In this document: one piece after another, positions 11,431 to 21,365 of the stretch
Position numbering within the stretch: position 1 is the stretch's first letter
How the letters are laid out: each line of letters opens with the position of its first letter
Assembly (NCBI GenBank): GCA_034669905.1
Contig: JAXMOL010000038.1
Coordinates: 17,367 to 81,366, forward strand
Reading direction: 5' to 3'
Source: Candidatus Hydrogenedentota bacterium
GTDB lineage: Bacteria > Hydrogenedentota > Hydrogenedentia > Hydrogenedentales > JAEUWI01
DNA: 64,000 nt
Notes under the pieces: generated by a model
What the model was told of the DNA's origin: nothing
Database searches by the model: none
The model's input: only the letters and a program-made list of their open reading frames with translations
Program-made: the position numbers and the translations under genes

Positions 11431-11961
11431 CTAAACCTTCACGCTGACGAAGGTGATTTCACAGCGCAACCCCCGATCGCGCACGGCAGGCTCCATCTCC
11501 ATCTGGTAAATGGTCACCAGGTTGTTGCTGCTGCGAATCTTGTAGAGCAGCTCCACCACCTCCTCCAGAGATACCCCCGTCAACTCCAACTCCACCATGG
11601 GATGGCGGGGCCATTGCTTGCGGTTCCGGGCGGACTGGTCATCCCCCAGTTTCGCACGCTCGCTCAGCCCGGCGTCGCTCACCATACCGTTGATAAAGGG
11701 AAAGAGGCTGAAGCTGGCGCCCCGGGCGTTGAGCTGGGTCAAGAGCTGTTGCTGACTCAGCACCCGCTCTTCTTCGGCCAGCTTATCCACCTGGACCAGT
11801 TGGAGCTCCTGCTGCTTCTGGGCGAGCTGGCTCTTGGCCGCCTTATATTTCTTGCCCCAGCTATTGGGCACGTAATAGGCCATGAAGAGGGCCAATACGC
11901 AAAAGAGGGCGGCGAATAGGACCGTACCCTTCTCGCGCTTATCGAGTTCATTCGCTCCCAT
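11431..11961 (-). CDS. gspM: T2SS GspM-like protein
   Basis: N-terminal xREK plus TM, coiled coil, ferredoxin-like C-terminus; last gene of the gsp operon. Confidence 0.65.
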   Translation of the reverse strand: MGANELDKREKGTVLFAALFCVLALFMAYYVPNSWGKKYKAAKSQLAQKQQELQLVQVDKLAEEERVLSQQQLLTQLNARGASFSLFPFINGMVSDAGLSERAKLGDDQSARNRKQWPRHPMVELELTGVSLEEVVELLYKIRSSNNLVTIYQMEMEPAVRDRGLRCEITFVSVKV

Positions 11962-13405
11962 CGTCACCCTCCTCCGTAATGCGGTGTACCCGTATCGTAA
12001 AGGTCACCCGGCTACCTTCGGCTTCCTGACGCAGGTTCGGGTCCACCCGAAACAAGGTCGATTGTTCCAGCTCCGTCATCACCTGCCCCACGTGCTCGGC
12101 CTTGTCGGTCGAGCCGTAAATGGTGATCCAGCCACTCCGGGCTCCCGGGGGCGACACGTCAATGCGCGTAATCAATACCTTCGACTCGGGCATGCGGCGG
12201 GCAATGTCTTCCAGCACATCCAGCATGGGCGGATCGCGAAAAAAGTCCGCGTTCACATCCTGCCCGAGCCCCTGGGCCTCCAGGGCACCAATCTCCGCGT
12301 TTACCGCATCGATATCGGCCTGAATCCGGGCCACCTGCTCTTTATAGTAGCTGGTGCCAATGTAGTAGTAACCGCCCCAGAGGAGCAAGGCCACCAGCGC
12401 CATGGCCGCGGCGTAGACCAGATGGGGTGCCACCGCACGGGCCACGCTCGCCTGACTGGCACCGCCTTCTTCAAAGTTCAGGGCATAGCCCCCACCGGCA
12501 CCGGCAAAAGCGGCCCCAACCACCGGCTCCCAGCAGTTGGCCCCCTGGGAAATGTCTTCCCGGGCCAGCACCCCTTCGCCCCCTTTGAAATCACGGAGGA
12601 GGCAGCGGGACGTGACCGGCAGGCGCACCGCCGTGGAGAGACCATCCTGCTCGGAAGGGGACAAATCAATTCCGGTCACTTCGATGCCATCAATTTCACC
12701 GCCACCACGCCATTTGGTCAAAAAGGCCCGAAGGGTATTCTGAATTTCCCGGCCCACCCGCTCGGGGTTTTCGATAAGGGCACCGCCTGTCATGGGGAGA
12801 TTCCGGAAATAGGCCAGATGGCCATTAAACAAGACCACGAGGCTGCTGGTCTGCTGGCGGATATGCAATACCGCCTCCAGCCCCTTGGACGCCTTGCGGC
12901 CCGACTGCCAGAGTCCCGTGAGGGCGATGGCATCCAGGTTCACCGCTTCAATGTCGATGCCCGCTTCGTCCAGTATGGCCCGCTGCTCTTCGAGGTGACT
13001 CCGACGCACGCCCACGGCGAGCACTTCCGTCTCCCCGTCCACTTCCGCGACCAGGTTAAAATCCAGGAGCAATTCTTCGATGGGAAAGGCCAGGTGGGGC
13101 TCGAGCTCAAAGCGCGCCGCCGCCATTACCCGCTTCTTCCCGCGAATCGGAATCGTAATGGAGCGCACGATGCTGTGACTGCTGCTCGCGCACAGCACAA
13201 AGGACACGGGCGGATGCTTCAAGGCGTCCACCGCCTCACCCACGGCCAGTACCAGCGCCGGGATGCGGTCCTCCTCTTCGGCGTACGCCGCCGTCCGCGA
13301 CTGCACCTCCAACACCGTGGGCGATTTCCCCCCGGTCTTCACCACCGCCACGCGGACTTCGTCACCGACGAATTCGATGGCACCAATTTTTGCACTCAAT
13401 AGCAT
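11948..13405 (-). CDS. gspL: T2SS GspL/PilM-PilN-like protein
   Basis: Actin-like N-domain (RFELEPHLAFPIEE), TM, PilN-like C-domain; follows gspK. Confidence 0.75.
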   Translation of the reverse strand: MLLSAKIGAIEFVGDEVRVAVVKTGGKSPTVLEVQSRTAAYAEEEDRIPALVLAVGEAVDALKHPPVSFVLCASSSHSIVRSITIPIRGKKRVMAAARFELEPHLAFPIEELLLDFNLVAEVDGETEVLAVGVRRSHLEEQRAILDEAGIDIEAVNLDAIALTGLWQSGRKASKGLEAVLHIRQQTSSLVVLFNGHLAYFRNLPMTGGALIENPERVGREIQNTLRAFLTKWRGGGEIDGIEVTGIDLSPSEQDGLSTAVRLPVTSRCLLRDFKGGEGVLAREDISQGANCWEPVVGAAFAGAGGGYALNFEEGGASQASVARAVAPHLVYAAAMALVALLLWGGYYYIGTSYYKEQVARIQADIDAVNAEIGALEAQGLGQDVNADFFRDPPMLDVLEDIARRMPESKVLITRIDVSPPGARSGWITIYGSTDKAEHVGQVMTELEQSTLFRVDPNLRQEAEGSRVTFTIRVHRITEEGDDGSE

Positions 13406-13451
13406 TGACTGCTGTACCTTTCAAAAGAGCTTGCCAAAACAGAACCAATCC

Positions 13452-13480
13452 CCGTCATTCCCGCGAAGGCGGGAATCCAG
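13452..13480. repeat. Palindromic dRS3/REP-like element
   Basis: CCGTCATTCCCGCGAAGGCGGGAATCCAG (ATTCCC-N8-GGGAAT); identical copy at 19553-19581. Confidence 0.8.
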
Positions 13481-13537
13481 AACGCGACCAAGGAACTGTC
13501 ATTTCAAGCGATTCACTATCGCCCCACATAAAGGGAC

Positions 13538-14803
13538 CTATTGTATAACTTTCCATTCCAGAATGCGATAGAACTCTTCCGGCACCGGAATCTGCACCGA
13601 CTCTACACTGGGGTCCTGACCCGACTGCACGATGGGCCACTCATAGAGATTGTCGTCCTGGGGCACCCGAAACACATAGGCTTCGTTCCGCACCATGATG
13701 TCATCCAGCAAGGCGTCGCCCTGTATCCGGAAAATATGACTGTAGACCGTAAACATTTTCTTCAACGCCGTGTCCTGCTGATTCTGCTGGAGATTGGGGT
13801 CCGGGTCGATATTGTTCCCCCGGCTATCCGTGTCCTCCACCACGTCGGCCTGGGCCGCCGGCGTCACGTAGGCACTCAAATCGCCTACCTGCGCAAAGGG
13901 CTGCCCCGCCTCCACATCGAGCACCACCAACAAGATGTCTTCCACCAACACCTCCTCCGCCAGGGGGCCTACATCCGTGTTGGCAATCCACCCCTCGCGC
14001 ATGGCCTCGAGCACCTCACTGATGCCCGTATCGTAATCCACGTGCACCGTGTTGGGGTTGATCCGTCCCAGCCAGTCGCCGTGGACCGTCAGGTACTCCG
14101 AGAGGGGCAGCTGGATGGGCTCCACGTTCTGTTTCCCGAAGTAGAGGTCGGGTGTCATGCCCTTGATGAGCAGAAGCTCATCGATGGAATCCATGGGACC
14201 ATTCTTACAGGGATAGGGCGTCTCGGCCTTCTGATAGAATTCGCTCTCCGCCCCATCACCATCCACTTCGTCGTCCTCATCGATCCAATCGCGGATGGAA
14301 TCCACCAGGGCTTCCGCGTTCACGCTCTCGTCACGCTGCTGGAAGAAATAGACCAGGGCTTCCCAGATATGCTCCCGCAACTGGGGCTCGCCCCCACCAT
14401 CGTAGTAGACCAGGGCGTTCAGATTAATCTTGCCGAACTCATCGCTGATGGTCGTCCGCATGACCGCGTCATTCAACGGGTCGAAGGTACTCGGCTGGGC
14501 CCAGGCACTCAGGCGGCTGTCCGACGGCGTGGTCGAACCATCGGCCACGGCCAGCTCGGTCTCCAGCCGGTCGGTCTCTAAGATAGCGATGCCATTGTAG
14601 ATAGCCGAGCGGGCCGCCAGCCGGGCCTGGTATTCGTTGCCACTGTTGAGGGCATAGGCCGACTCCACCTGGGCCTCATAGGAAAACTCCACCACCAGCA
14701 CCGTCAGCAGCACCACAAAGAGCAGCGTCAGGATAAGCGCCACCCCATCGTTGCGTTGGTTCATGGGCCGCTTCCGCGGGTTTTTCACGTTGGCCCGACT
14801 CAT
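13538..14803 (-). CDS. gspK: T2SS minor pseudopilin GspK
   Basis: G|VALILTLL, DEFGKINLN, DSIRDWIDED, KNGPMDSIDELLLIKGM, GRINPNT. Confidence 0.92.
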   Translation of the reverse strand: MSRANVKNPRKRPMNQRNDGVALILTLLFVVLLTVLVVEFSYEAQVESAYALNSGNEYQARLAARSAIYNGIAILETDRLETELAVADGSTTPSDSRLSAWAQPSTFDPLNDAVMRTTISDEFGKINLNALVYYDGGGEPQLREHIWEALVYFFQQRDESVNAEALVDSIRDWIDEDDEVDGDGAESEFYQKAETPYPCKNGPMDSIDELLLIKGMTPDLYFGKQNVEPIQLPLSEYLTVHGDWLGRINPNTVHVDYDTGISEVLEAMREGWIANTDVGPLAEEVLVEDILLVVLDVEAGQPFAQVGDLSAYVTPAAQADVVEDTDSRGNNIDPDPNLQQNQQDTALKKMFTVYSHIFRIQGDALLDDIMVRNEAYVFRVPQDDNLYEWPIVQSGQDPSVESVQIPVPEEFYRILEWKVIQ

Positions 14804-15645
14804 GACTCATCCTCGAAAATATTGGATCCACCATCCACGGTTTCGGTCTGGCGGCGGTGATTCGGATCGATGAAGTCCGGCGAGATGACCCCCGCCCCCG
14901 TGGGCAACACAATCGTAAAGCCCACGTCGGGTTCCTCTTCCGTACCCACGCCATCCGCCAAATCCACCCGCAGCTGTTCTTCGGTCTTGGCCAGATTGAT
15001 GCTCACCTTGATGGCCCAGGGCAGAAAGCCGAGCTCGTCGGAGTTCCAGTCTTCGACCCAATCCTCCGCGGTGCCGTCATAGTATTCAAAGTTCAACGAG
15101 CGAATGGGAATCTCCCGCTGCCAGAGCCCTTCCGCTTCCTCGTCGGCCTCAAAGAATTCCTCGTCGCCGTCTTCCCCCAACACGAGGGGACGTTCCGTGA
15201 TGAACAAGGTCACCGACGGCTTCTCTTCCGTCTCGTCGGCCCCAAAGGTCTGAAAACCGCTCTCTTCCGAAAAACTCGGGTCGTCGATAAGGTACTCCAC
15301 CTGCTTCACAATCCCCGGAAGGGAGCGCGCGCCACTCGTGGGCAGGGAGGTGACAAAAGTCAGGCTGTCCGCCGGACCATAGGCACCGGATTCATCTTCG
15401 CCAATAAGGGCATACTCTCCCCGCACCTGGGCATGGATGGCGCTGAGATGGTTGATAAAATGTTCGCGCAGGTAGCGCTGGATACGCATGGCCTCCGTGG
15501 TGGACCGGGCAATCTCAGCGGTATTGACCACCGAAACGAAACAGGTGTAGAGGGCCCCCACCAGGATGACGAGCACCGCCATGGCCACCATCATCTCGAT
15601 CATGGTAAACCCACTGTTACGCTGTTGGGCAAGGCGCCTCATCAC
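14800..15645 (-). CDS. gspJ: T2SS minor pseudopilin GspJ
   Basis: G|FTMIEMMVAM; C-terminal FEYYDG..WVEDW..LPWAIK; 4-nt overlaps with both neighbours. Confidence 0.85.
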   Translation of the reverse strand: MMRRLAQQRNSGFTMIEMMVAMAVLVILVGALYTCFVSVVNTAEIARSTTEAMRIQRYLREHFINHLSAIHAQVRGEYALIGEDESGAYGPADSLTFVTSLPTSGARSLPGIVKQVEYLIDDPSFSEESGFQTFGADETEEKPSVTLFITERPLVLGEDGDEEFFEADEEAEGLWQREIPIRSLNFEYYDGTAEDWVEDWNSDELGFLPWAIKVSINLAKTEEQLRVDLADGVGTEEEPDVGFTIVLPTGAGVISPDFIDPNHRRQTETVDGGSNIFEDES

Positions 15646-16064
15646 ACGCCCCCTTCAATCACTTCATTGCTGCTGATGTGAAACACGTAAAAGCTCAGTG
15701 TCTGATCTTCCCCATCGGGATTCCGCAGGGTCACTTCCACCTGATAAAAGGGGATGGGCGTCTCTTCCGTGCCGCCGAGGGGCGCGCCCTGGTAGGACCA
15801 GGTATAGCCTGCGAAACGGCCTTCGAATTCGCCCGAGCCCGTCAACTCGCCAATCAGCACGCCGAACTCGGCCTCGCCCACGGCCCGCTCCAGCAGTTGG
15901 CTCTCCACCACCGAGGCATTCATGGCTTCAAAAAGGCGCAAGGCCCCATGGTGGGTGCTCAACAGAATAAACAGGGCGCTACCGAGAATGGCCACGGCGG
16001 CCAACACCTCGACGAGGGTGAATCCCCCACGCCGTTCCTTTTCGCGATACGGACGGACACTCAT
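15642..16064 (-). CDS. gspI: T2SS minor pseudopilin GspI
   Basis: G|FTLVEVLAAVAIL; SGEFEG..YTW. Confidence 0.85.
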   Translation of the reverse strand: MSVRPYREKERRGGFTLVEVLAAVAILGSALFILLSTHHGALRLFEAMNASVVESQLLERAVGEAEFGVLIGELTGSGEFEGRFAGYTWSYQGAPLGGTEETPIPFYQVEVTLRNPDGEDQTLSFYVFHISSNEVIEGGV

Positions 16065-16936
16065 AGGTCGCTCACCCGACCAAGATAGACGGTGGCACGA
16101 TTGGAAATCGGATCCCAGAGCACCGTAAAGGCTTCGCCTTCTTCGTTCTCGAGGTAGAGAATAACTTTCTGGGTCAGGCCCAGGACCGAAAACTCGACTT
16201 CCGGGACACCCCGGGAGTGGTACTCGCCATCAATCTCAACCCCCGTAATCTCGACCGCACCCCGCAATCGGGTACGCCGTAAAATGGGGTCCGCCAGCTC
16301 TTCTTCCACCGGCTCTTCTTCATCCAGGTCAAAAATTTCTTCGTCGCCGAAAATATTGGCCACATCATCCAACAGACTCTCATCGTGCTTCACATTCTCC
16401 GCACGAATCTCGAGGGCCTCACGGGCAAAGGCATTGAACTTGTCGTCCATCTGGTAGCCCGCCAACTCGGAATCAAAGGCCCCGCCATCCCCCCCCAGAA
16501 TCCCGGAGAGATCGTCACCCCCTAAAAATTTTTCCTGCAGATCCGCCGGCGAACGGATCCCCATCTCGCGGAGCTGGGAAAGCTTGGCCAACTGGTCCGG
16601 CTCGCCCTCCGCCGCCAGGGCTTCCGCCTCTTCCTGCTCGGGGAGAATCCAATGGACCGCATAGATTTCCTGGGCCTTAAGATCGATACGCACCACCACC
16701 CGGTCGCGCAGCAAGGCCGCATGGGCCATGGCACCCTGGCCAAAACCCGCTACCCGCCGCGCACTGCCTTCCAATTCACTGAAGGCAATCACCGGCAAAA
16801 GACGCGGTACCGCAATGGCCGCCACAACACCCAGGAGGAAGACCACAATGGCCAACTCGATGAGCGTGAACCCGGCACGAGCCCCTATCGGCCCTGAAGA
16901 AACAGGACGTAAGGACCGACGACTGTTTCGCCCCAT
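16061..16936 (-). CDS. gspH: T2SS minor pseudopilin GspH
   Basis: MGRNSRR...AG|FTLIELAIVV; start moved to ATG 16936 because the upstream part of the 539-aa ORF is repeat DNA. Confidence 0.8.
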   Translation of the reverse strand: MGRNSRRSLRPVSSGPIGARAGFTLIELAIVVFLLGVVAAIAVPRLLPVIAFSELEGSARRVAGFGQGAMAHAALLRDRVVVRIDLKAQEIYAVHWILPEQEEAEALAAEGEPDQLAKLSQLREMGIRSPADLQEKFLGGDDLSGILGGDGGAFDSELAGYQMDDKFNAFAREALEIRAENVKHDESLLDDVANIFGDEEIFDLDEEEPVEEELADPILRRTRLRGAVEITGVEIDGEYHSRGVPEVEFSVLGLTQKVILYLENEEGEAFTVLWDPISNRATVYLGRVSDL

Positions 16937-16948
16937 CCGGAATAGTTG

Positions 16949-17716
16949 AACCACGAATGAACACGAATATACACGAATTTTTTTTATGCCGGACAAAGCG
17001 ACGCAGCACAAACGCCAAACACCCGCGAACAAATTCCGCCCCAGAGGGGCGACAGCATTCAACCCGAAACTCACATTCAGCCCCGGAGGCGCGACAACAA
17101 TCGACTCGGTGTCCACATTCAGCCCCGGAGGGGCGTCAGCCTGTAGCCTGGGGTGGAGCGAGGAACGAGCGGAACCCCAGGATCGAAGCCCTCTCCCCCC
17201 CCACGAACCCGCGGAGCGGGTGACAGCACGCCAACCCGACCGCCACGGCCCACATGCGACGCCACCACGCAACGGCAGGGGGCTGTCCACATTCCGCCCC
17301 GAAGGGGCACAACAGTTCAAAAGCCCAGGGCAACGCCCTGGGTAAACACGCCGCAAAAAAGCACCCAGCCCTGAAAGGGCGACGCAGCAAGAACGCCAAA
17401 CACCGCTGCGACCATAACGCCTCAGCGGGACAACACCACACGGCTCACCCCCACCATTCAGCCCCGGAGGGGCGTCAGCCTGTAGCCTGGGGTGGAGCGA
17501 GGTCGGAGACGCGCCGTGGCGGGGACGAGCGAAACCCCAGGATCGAAGCCCCCTCCCCCCCCACGAACCCGCGGAGCGGGTGACAGCACACCAACCCGAC
17601 CGCCACGGCCCACGCGCAGCGCCACCACGCAACACACGATCACACCAGGGAAGCAACAGATCATAGATTCGACTCAACATCCATCACTCCCTTCGTGTTC
17701 TTCGATACTTCGTGGT
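16949..17716. repeat. Composite REP/BIME-like repeat cluster between gspG and gspH
   Basis: Imperfect direct repeat 17116-17273 vs 17455-17633; multiple GCCCC-ggag-GGGC and GCCCTGAAAGGGC hairpins, CCCAGGGCAACGCCCTGGG; short CACGAA tandem motifs at both ends in opposite orientation. Confidence 0.8.
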
Positions 17717-17759
17717 AAAAAACGGCCGGCTCATTTCACCGCAACGCGCAACCGTCCCG

Positions 17760-18185
17760 CTAGTCCGCGCTCATGTCATCGCTGCGAATATCGGCATCCA
17801 CATCATCCCCACCGGGCGCACCATCGGCACCCAACGAAATAATCACGTACTTCCGGGAATTCTCCAACTGATACTGGAAGGGATTGCCCCAGGGGTCCAG
17901 GGGCACCTTGCTCTCCGTCAAAAACGAATCGCCCGACGGCGGACTCACCAACGCATCGAGGCTGTCCGGAAATTTCTTAAACTTGAGCTTGTAGGCCACC
18001 AGCGCCTGGTCGAAGCTCTTAATCTGGGTCTTCGCCGCCGCCACGTTGCCTTCATCGGCCGCGTTCAGCACGTTGAAACCCACGATAGCCGCCAAGACCG
18101 CCAGAATGGAGATCACCACCATCAATTCAATCAGGGTAAAGCCGCCGTTGGCCCGCGCGACCCGTCGCATCTGTTTCGTTTTCAT
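17760..18185 (-). CDS. gspG: T2SS major pseudopilin GspG
   Basis: G|FTLIELMVV; DPWGNPFQY; SLGADGAPGG..DADI. Confidence 0.95.
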   Translation of the reverse strand: MKTKQMRRVARANGGFTLIELMVVISILAVLAAIVGFNVLNAADEGNVAAAKTQIKSFDQALVAYKLKFKKFPDSLDALVSPPSGDSFLTESKVPLDPWGNPFQYQLENSRKYVIISLGADGAPGGDDVDADIRSDDMSAD

Positions 18186-18200
18186 GACCGTTGTCCTCCG

Positions 18201-19427
18201 TTATAGATTTTGGCTCATATTCAATATGGGCAGCAGAATGGAAATCACCAGGAAGCCAACAAAGACACCCATCACAATAATGATCACCGGCTCGATAAGC
18301 CCGACAATGGCCTCAATCGTGAGGCGCACGTCATCGTCGTACGTATCCGCCACCTTAATCAGCATATCCTCAATTTCACCACTCTTCTGTCCCAGCTCCA
18401 CCATGTGAATCATCATGGAGGGAAAAAGGCCGGTCTCGCGCAACGGCTGGGCCAAATCACGACCCCGCCGCACCCCCGCCTTCACCTCGTCCATGTGTTC
18501 CTTAAAATAGGCATTCTCTAATACCGAGTTTACCACCTCCAGCGCCGGCAGCATGGTCAGTCCACTTTGGAGCATGGTGCCCATAGTCCGGGCAAATCGC
18601 GCACACACCAACTTGAGGTGCAGGCCGCCGTAAAGGGGAAAACGCAGCTTGAGCCGGTCCCATTTGACCCGTCCCTCCGGCCGGGAAATCCACCACCGCC
18701 ACAGCGAGAAGGCACCGACGATCACACCCACAATGAGCCACCAATAGGTACCCAGAAAGTGACTCGACGCAATAAGAATTTCCGTCGGCTTAGGCAGCTC
18801 GGCCTCTTGCCGTTCAAAGATGAGGGTAATACGGGGAACGATGAACATCATCAGAAAGATGACCACCGCCACGGCGAAGAGTCCCATGAAGACCGGATAG
18901 GCCAGGCTTGAGGTCAGCTGGGCTTTCAGTTTGGCCTGATGCTCCTGGATATCGGCCAGGCGAAAGAGCACCTCTTCCAGGGTGCCACTCACTTCACCGG
19001 CACGCACCATATTGACGTAGAGGTTGTTAAACAGCCGCGGATGCTTCGCCAACGCGTCACCCAGCGTCGCGCCGCTGTTGACACTGTCACGAATGTCGTA
19101 GAGGGCCGCCTGGAGCCGCTGCTTGCTGGTCTGCTCCTGCATGGCACCCAGGGCATCCACCAGGGGCATCCCCGCACGCAGCAACACACCAAACTGGCGC
19201 GTAAGCATGGCCAAATCCCGCGCGGACACCCGGCCACCACCGCCGCCTTTGGGACCATCGCCCCCTTTGGTGGAGGCGGAGAGGGCCTTGCTCTCTTCGA
19301 TGTCGGTGGGAAAGAGCCCCTGGTCGCGCAGCTTCTGGCGGGCCTGTGCCGCACCTTCCGCATCGATCACGCCCTTTGAATTCTTGCCCGTCGCTTTGAC
19401 TATCGCTTTGTATTCATAGACCGCCAT
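18201..19427 (-). CDS. gspF: T2SS platform protein GspF
   Basis: RQFGVLLRAGMPL, VRAGEVSG, AYP and EP motifs. Confidence 0.92.
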   Translation of the reverse strand: MAVYEYKAIVKATGKNSKGVIDAEGAAQARQKLRDQGLFPTDIEESKALSASTKGGDGPKGGGGGRVSARDLAMLTRQFGVLLRAGMPLVDALGAMQEQTSKQRLQAALYDIRDSVNSGATLGDALAKHPRLFNNLYVNMVRAGEVSGTLEEVLFRLADIQEHQAKLKAQLTSSLAYPVFMGLFAVAVVIFLMMFIVPRITLIFERQEAELPKPTEILIASSHFLGTYWWLIVGVIVGAFSLWRWWISRPEGRVKWDRLKLRFPLYGGLHLKLVCARFARTMGTMLQSGLTMLPALEVVNSVLENAYFKEHMDEVKAGVRRGRDLAQPLRETGLFPSMMIHMVELGQKSGEIEDMLIKVADTYDDDVRLTIEAIVGLIEPVIIIVMGVFVGFLVISILLPILNMSQNL

Positions 19428-19492
19428 AGGACGTCCTGGCTTCCTTCATAGTTTATTCAACGCACCGCCTGACAGGAGGACCCACGGCGAGA

Positions 19493-19581
19493 CATTCCCG
19501 CAAAGGTCGAAGACTTCGCGAAAGGCGAGCGGGAATCCAGCAACTGCTCAACCCGTCATTCCCGCGAAGGCGGGAATCCAG
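19493..19581. repeat. Two dRS3/REP-like elements, the first carrying a 23-nt insertion
   Basis: CATTCCCGC...GCGGGAATCCAG at 19493-19540 and a canonical copy at 19553-19581. Confidence 0.75.
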
Positions 19582-19628
19582 TGGCATCCATCCGGGACCT
19601 TCCGGCCCCCGAAAGGAACGCCACCCGC

Positions 19629-21362
19629 TCAGTCCATGATTTCCTCTTCCATATCGTTGCGCGTCACCCGCAAAATCTCTTCCGCTGAAGTGAGCCCCAA
19701 CATGGCGCGGTTGGCGCCATCTTCACGCAAGGTCCGCATACCAAATTTGCGGGCTTCCCGCTTGATCTGGTTGGAGTCCACCCCCTGCAGCGCCATCTCC
19801 TGGATGCGGGGCGTCATAATGAGCAACTCAAAAATACCCGTACGACCACGGTAACCCCGGTCAGAGCAATCCTTACAGCCCACCGCATGGTAGAGCACCC
19901 GCTTCTCCGGATCGGTGGGCGCTTCCACACCCAACTCCTGATAGGTCTCCAGGTCCGCCGTGTAGGCCTCTTTGCAGGAGTCGCAAATTCGACGCACCAG
20001 GCGCTGGGCCTGAATGGCAATCGTGGACGACGTGACCAGGAAGGGCTCAATCCCCATATTGACCAGACGGGTAATGGCACCCGCGCTGTCGTTGGTGTGG
20101 AGCGTGGAAAACACCAGGTGACCCGTGAGGGACGCCTGCACCGCCATCTCCGCCGTCTCCATATCCCGAATTTCACCAATCAGAATAATGTCCGGGTCCT
20201 GACGCAAGATACTGCGCAGCCCTGCGGCGAAGGTAAGGCCAATCTTGGGCGCCACCTGAATCTGACCGATGCCTTCCAACTGGTATTCGATGGGGTCTTC
20301 CACCGTAATAATGTTTTTGTCGGGTGAGTTCACCTTTTGCAGGGCCGCATAGAGGGTCGTTGATTTACCCGAACCCGTGGGCCCCGTCACGAGCATGATG
20401 CCGTGGGAACTCTGGATTATGCGGTCCAGCTGGGAGTTGTCCCGCTGCTCCATGCCGAGCTGCTCCAGGCTGAAGAGGAAGCTTCCCTTCTCCAGAATAC
20501 GCATCACCACCCGCTCGCCGTGGGCAACGGGAATAATCGATACACGAATATCGATTTCCTTACCGCTCAGCCGAATCTTGATACGACCATCCTGGGGCAG
20601 CCGGTGCTCGGCGATGTTCAGGTCGGCCATGATCTTCACGCGGGAAATCACTGCCGCCTGTTGACCCCGGGGCACGGAAAACTTTTCATAGAGCACGCCG
20701 TCAATACGGTAGCGTACGCGAACCTCTTTCTCGAAGGGTTCAATGTGAATATCCGACGCCCGGTCTTTCACGCCCCCCGTAATCACCAGGTTGATCAACT
20801 TGATGATGGGCGCTTCATTCGCCAGATCGAGAAGGTCCCGCTCGGAATTCAGCGCGTCGAGGGACTTGTAATCATCGCCCTCGGACATCGTAATGCTGTC
20901 GATCATGTCGGCAGCATTTTCGGTCTGCTGCTCGAAGTAGCTGTCGATAATCTGCTGAATCGCCGCCTTCGTACACAGTACGGGCGACACATCCCCATCG
21001 AGCAAGAGACGGAGATCATCGAGCGGCAACAGATTGACCGGGTCGTTCACCGCCACCAGGTAGCCGTTGCCGTTCTTCTTCACCGGCACCATGTGGTACT
21101 CGCGAATAAACGAAATGGGCACCTTCGTGGTCAGCGACGAATCCACCTCATCCACGATGCCGGGCTCAAAGGGCACATGGTACTGCGCACTCAATGCGCC
21201 CAGCACCTGTTCCTCATCCACATAGCCCAGATCCAGCAACAGATCGGCCACGGCCTTGGGCCGGATCTTCTGTAACTCGAAGGCTTCTTCGACTTGCTCG
21301 GCGTGCACCGATCCCTGTTCAACCAGAATGGCGCACAATTCCTCGTCGTGACCGCTGCTCAT
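19629..21362 (-). CDS. gspE: T2SS ATPase GspE
   Basis: ASDIHIEPFE, RLPQDGRI, GPTGSGKST, LRQDPD; lies between gspD and gspF. Confidence 0.93.
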   Translation of the reverse strand: MSSGHDEELCAILVEQGSVHAEQVEEAFELQKIRPKAVADLLLDLGYVDEEQVLGALSAQYHVPFEPGIVDEVDSSLTTKVPISFIREYHMVPVKKNGNGYLVAVNDPVNLLPLDDLRLLLDGDVSPVLCTKAAIQQIIDSYFEQQTENAADMIDSITMSEGDDYKSLDALNSERDLLDLANEAPIIKLINLVITGGVKDRASDIHIEPFEKEVRVRYRIDGVLYEKFSVPRGQQAAVISRVKIMADLNIAEHRLPQDGRIKIRLSGKEIDIRVSIIPVAHGERVVMRILEKGSFLFSLEQLGMEQRDNSQLDRIIQSSHGIMLVTGPTGSGKSTTLYAALQKVNSPDKNIITVEDPIEYQLEGIGQIQVAPKIGLTFAAGLRSILRQDPDIILIGEIRDMETAEMAVQASLTGHLVFSTLHTNDSAGAITRLVNMGIEPFLVTSSTIAIQAQRLVRRICDSCKEAYTADLETYQELGVEAPTDPEKRVLYHAVGCKDCSDRGYRGRTGIFELLIMTPRIQEMALQGVDSNQIKREARKFGMRTLREDGANRAMLGLTSAEEILRVTRNDMEEEIMD

Positions 21363-21365
21363 GAA

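Noticed and set aside
16937..17680. 248-aa N-terminal extension of gspH in the ORF track
   Set aside because: It translates the REP mosaic; the prepilin motif lies just after ATG 16936.
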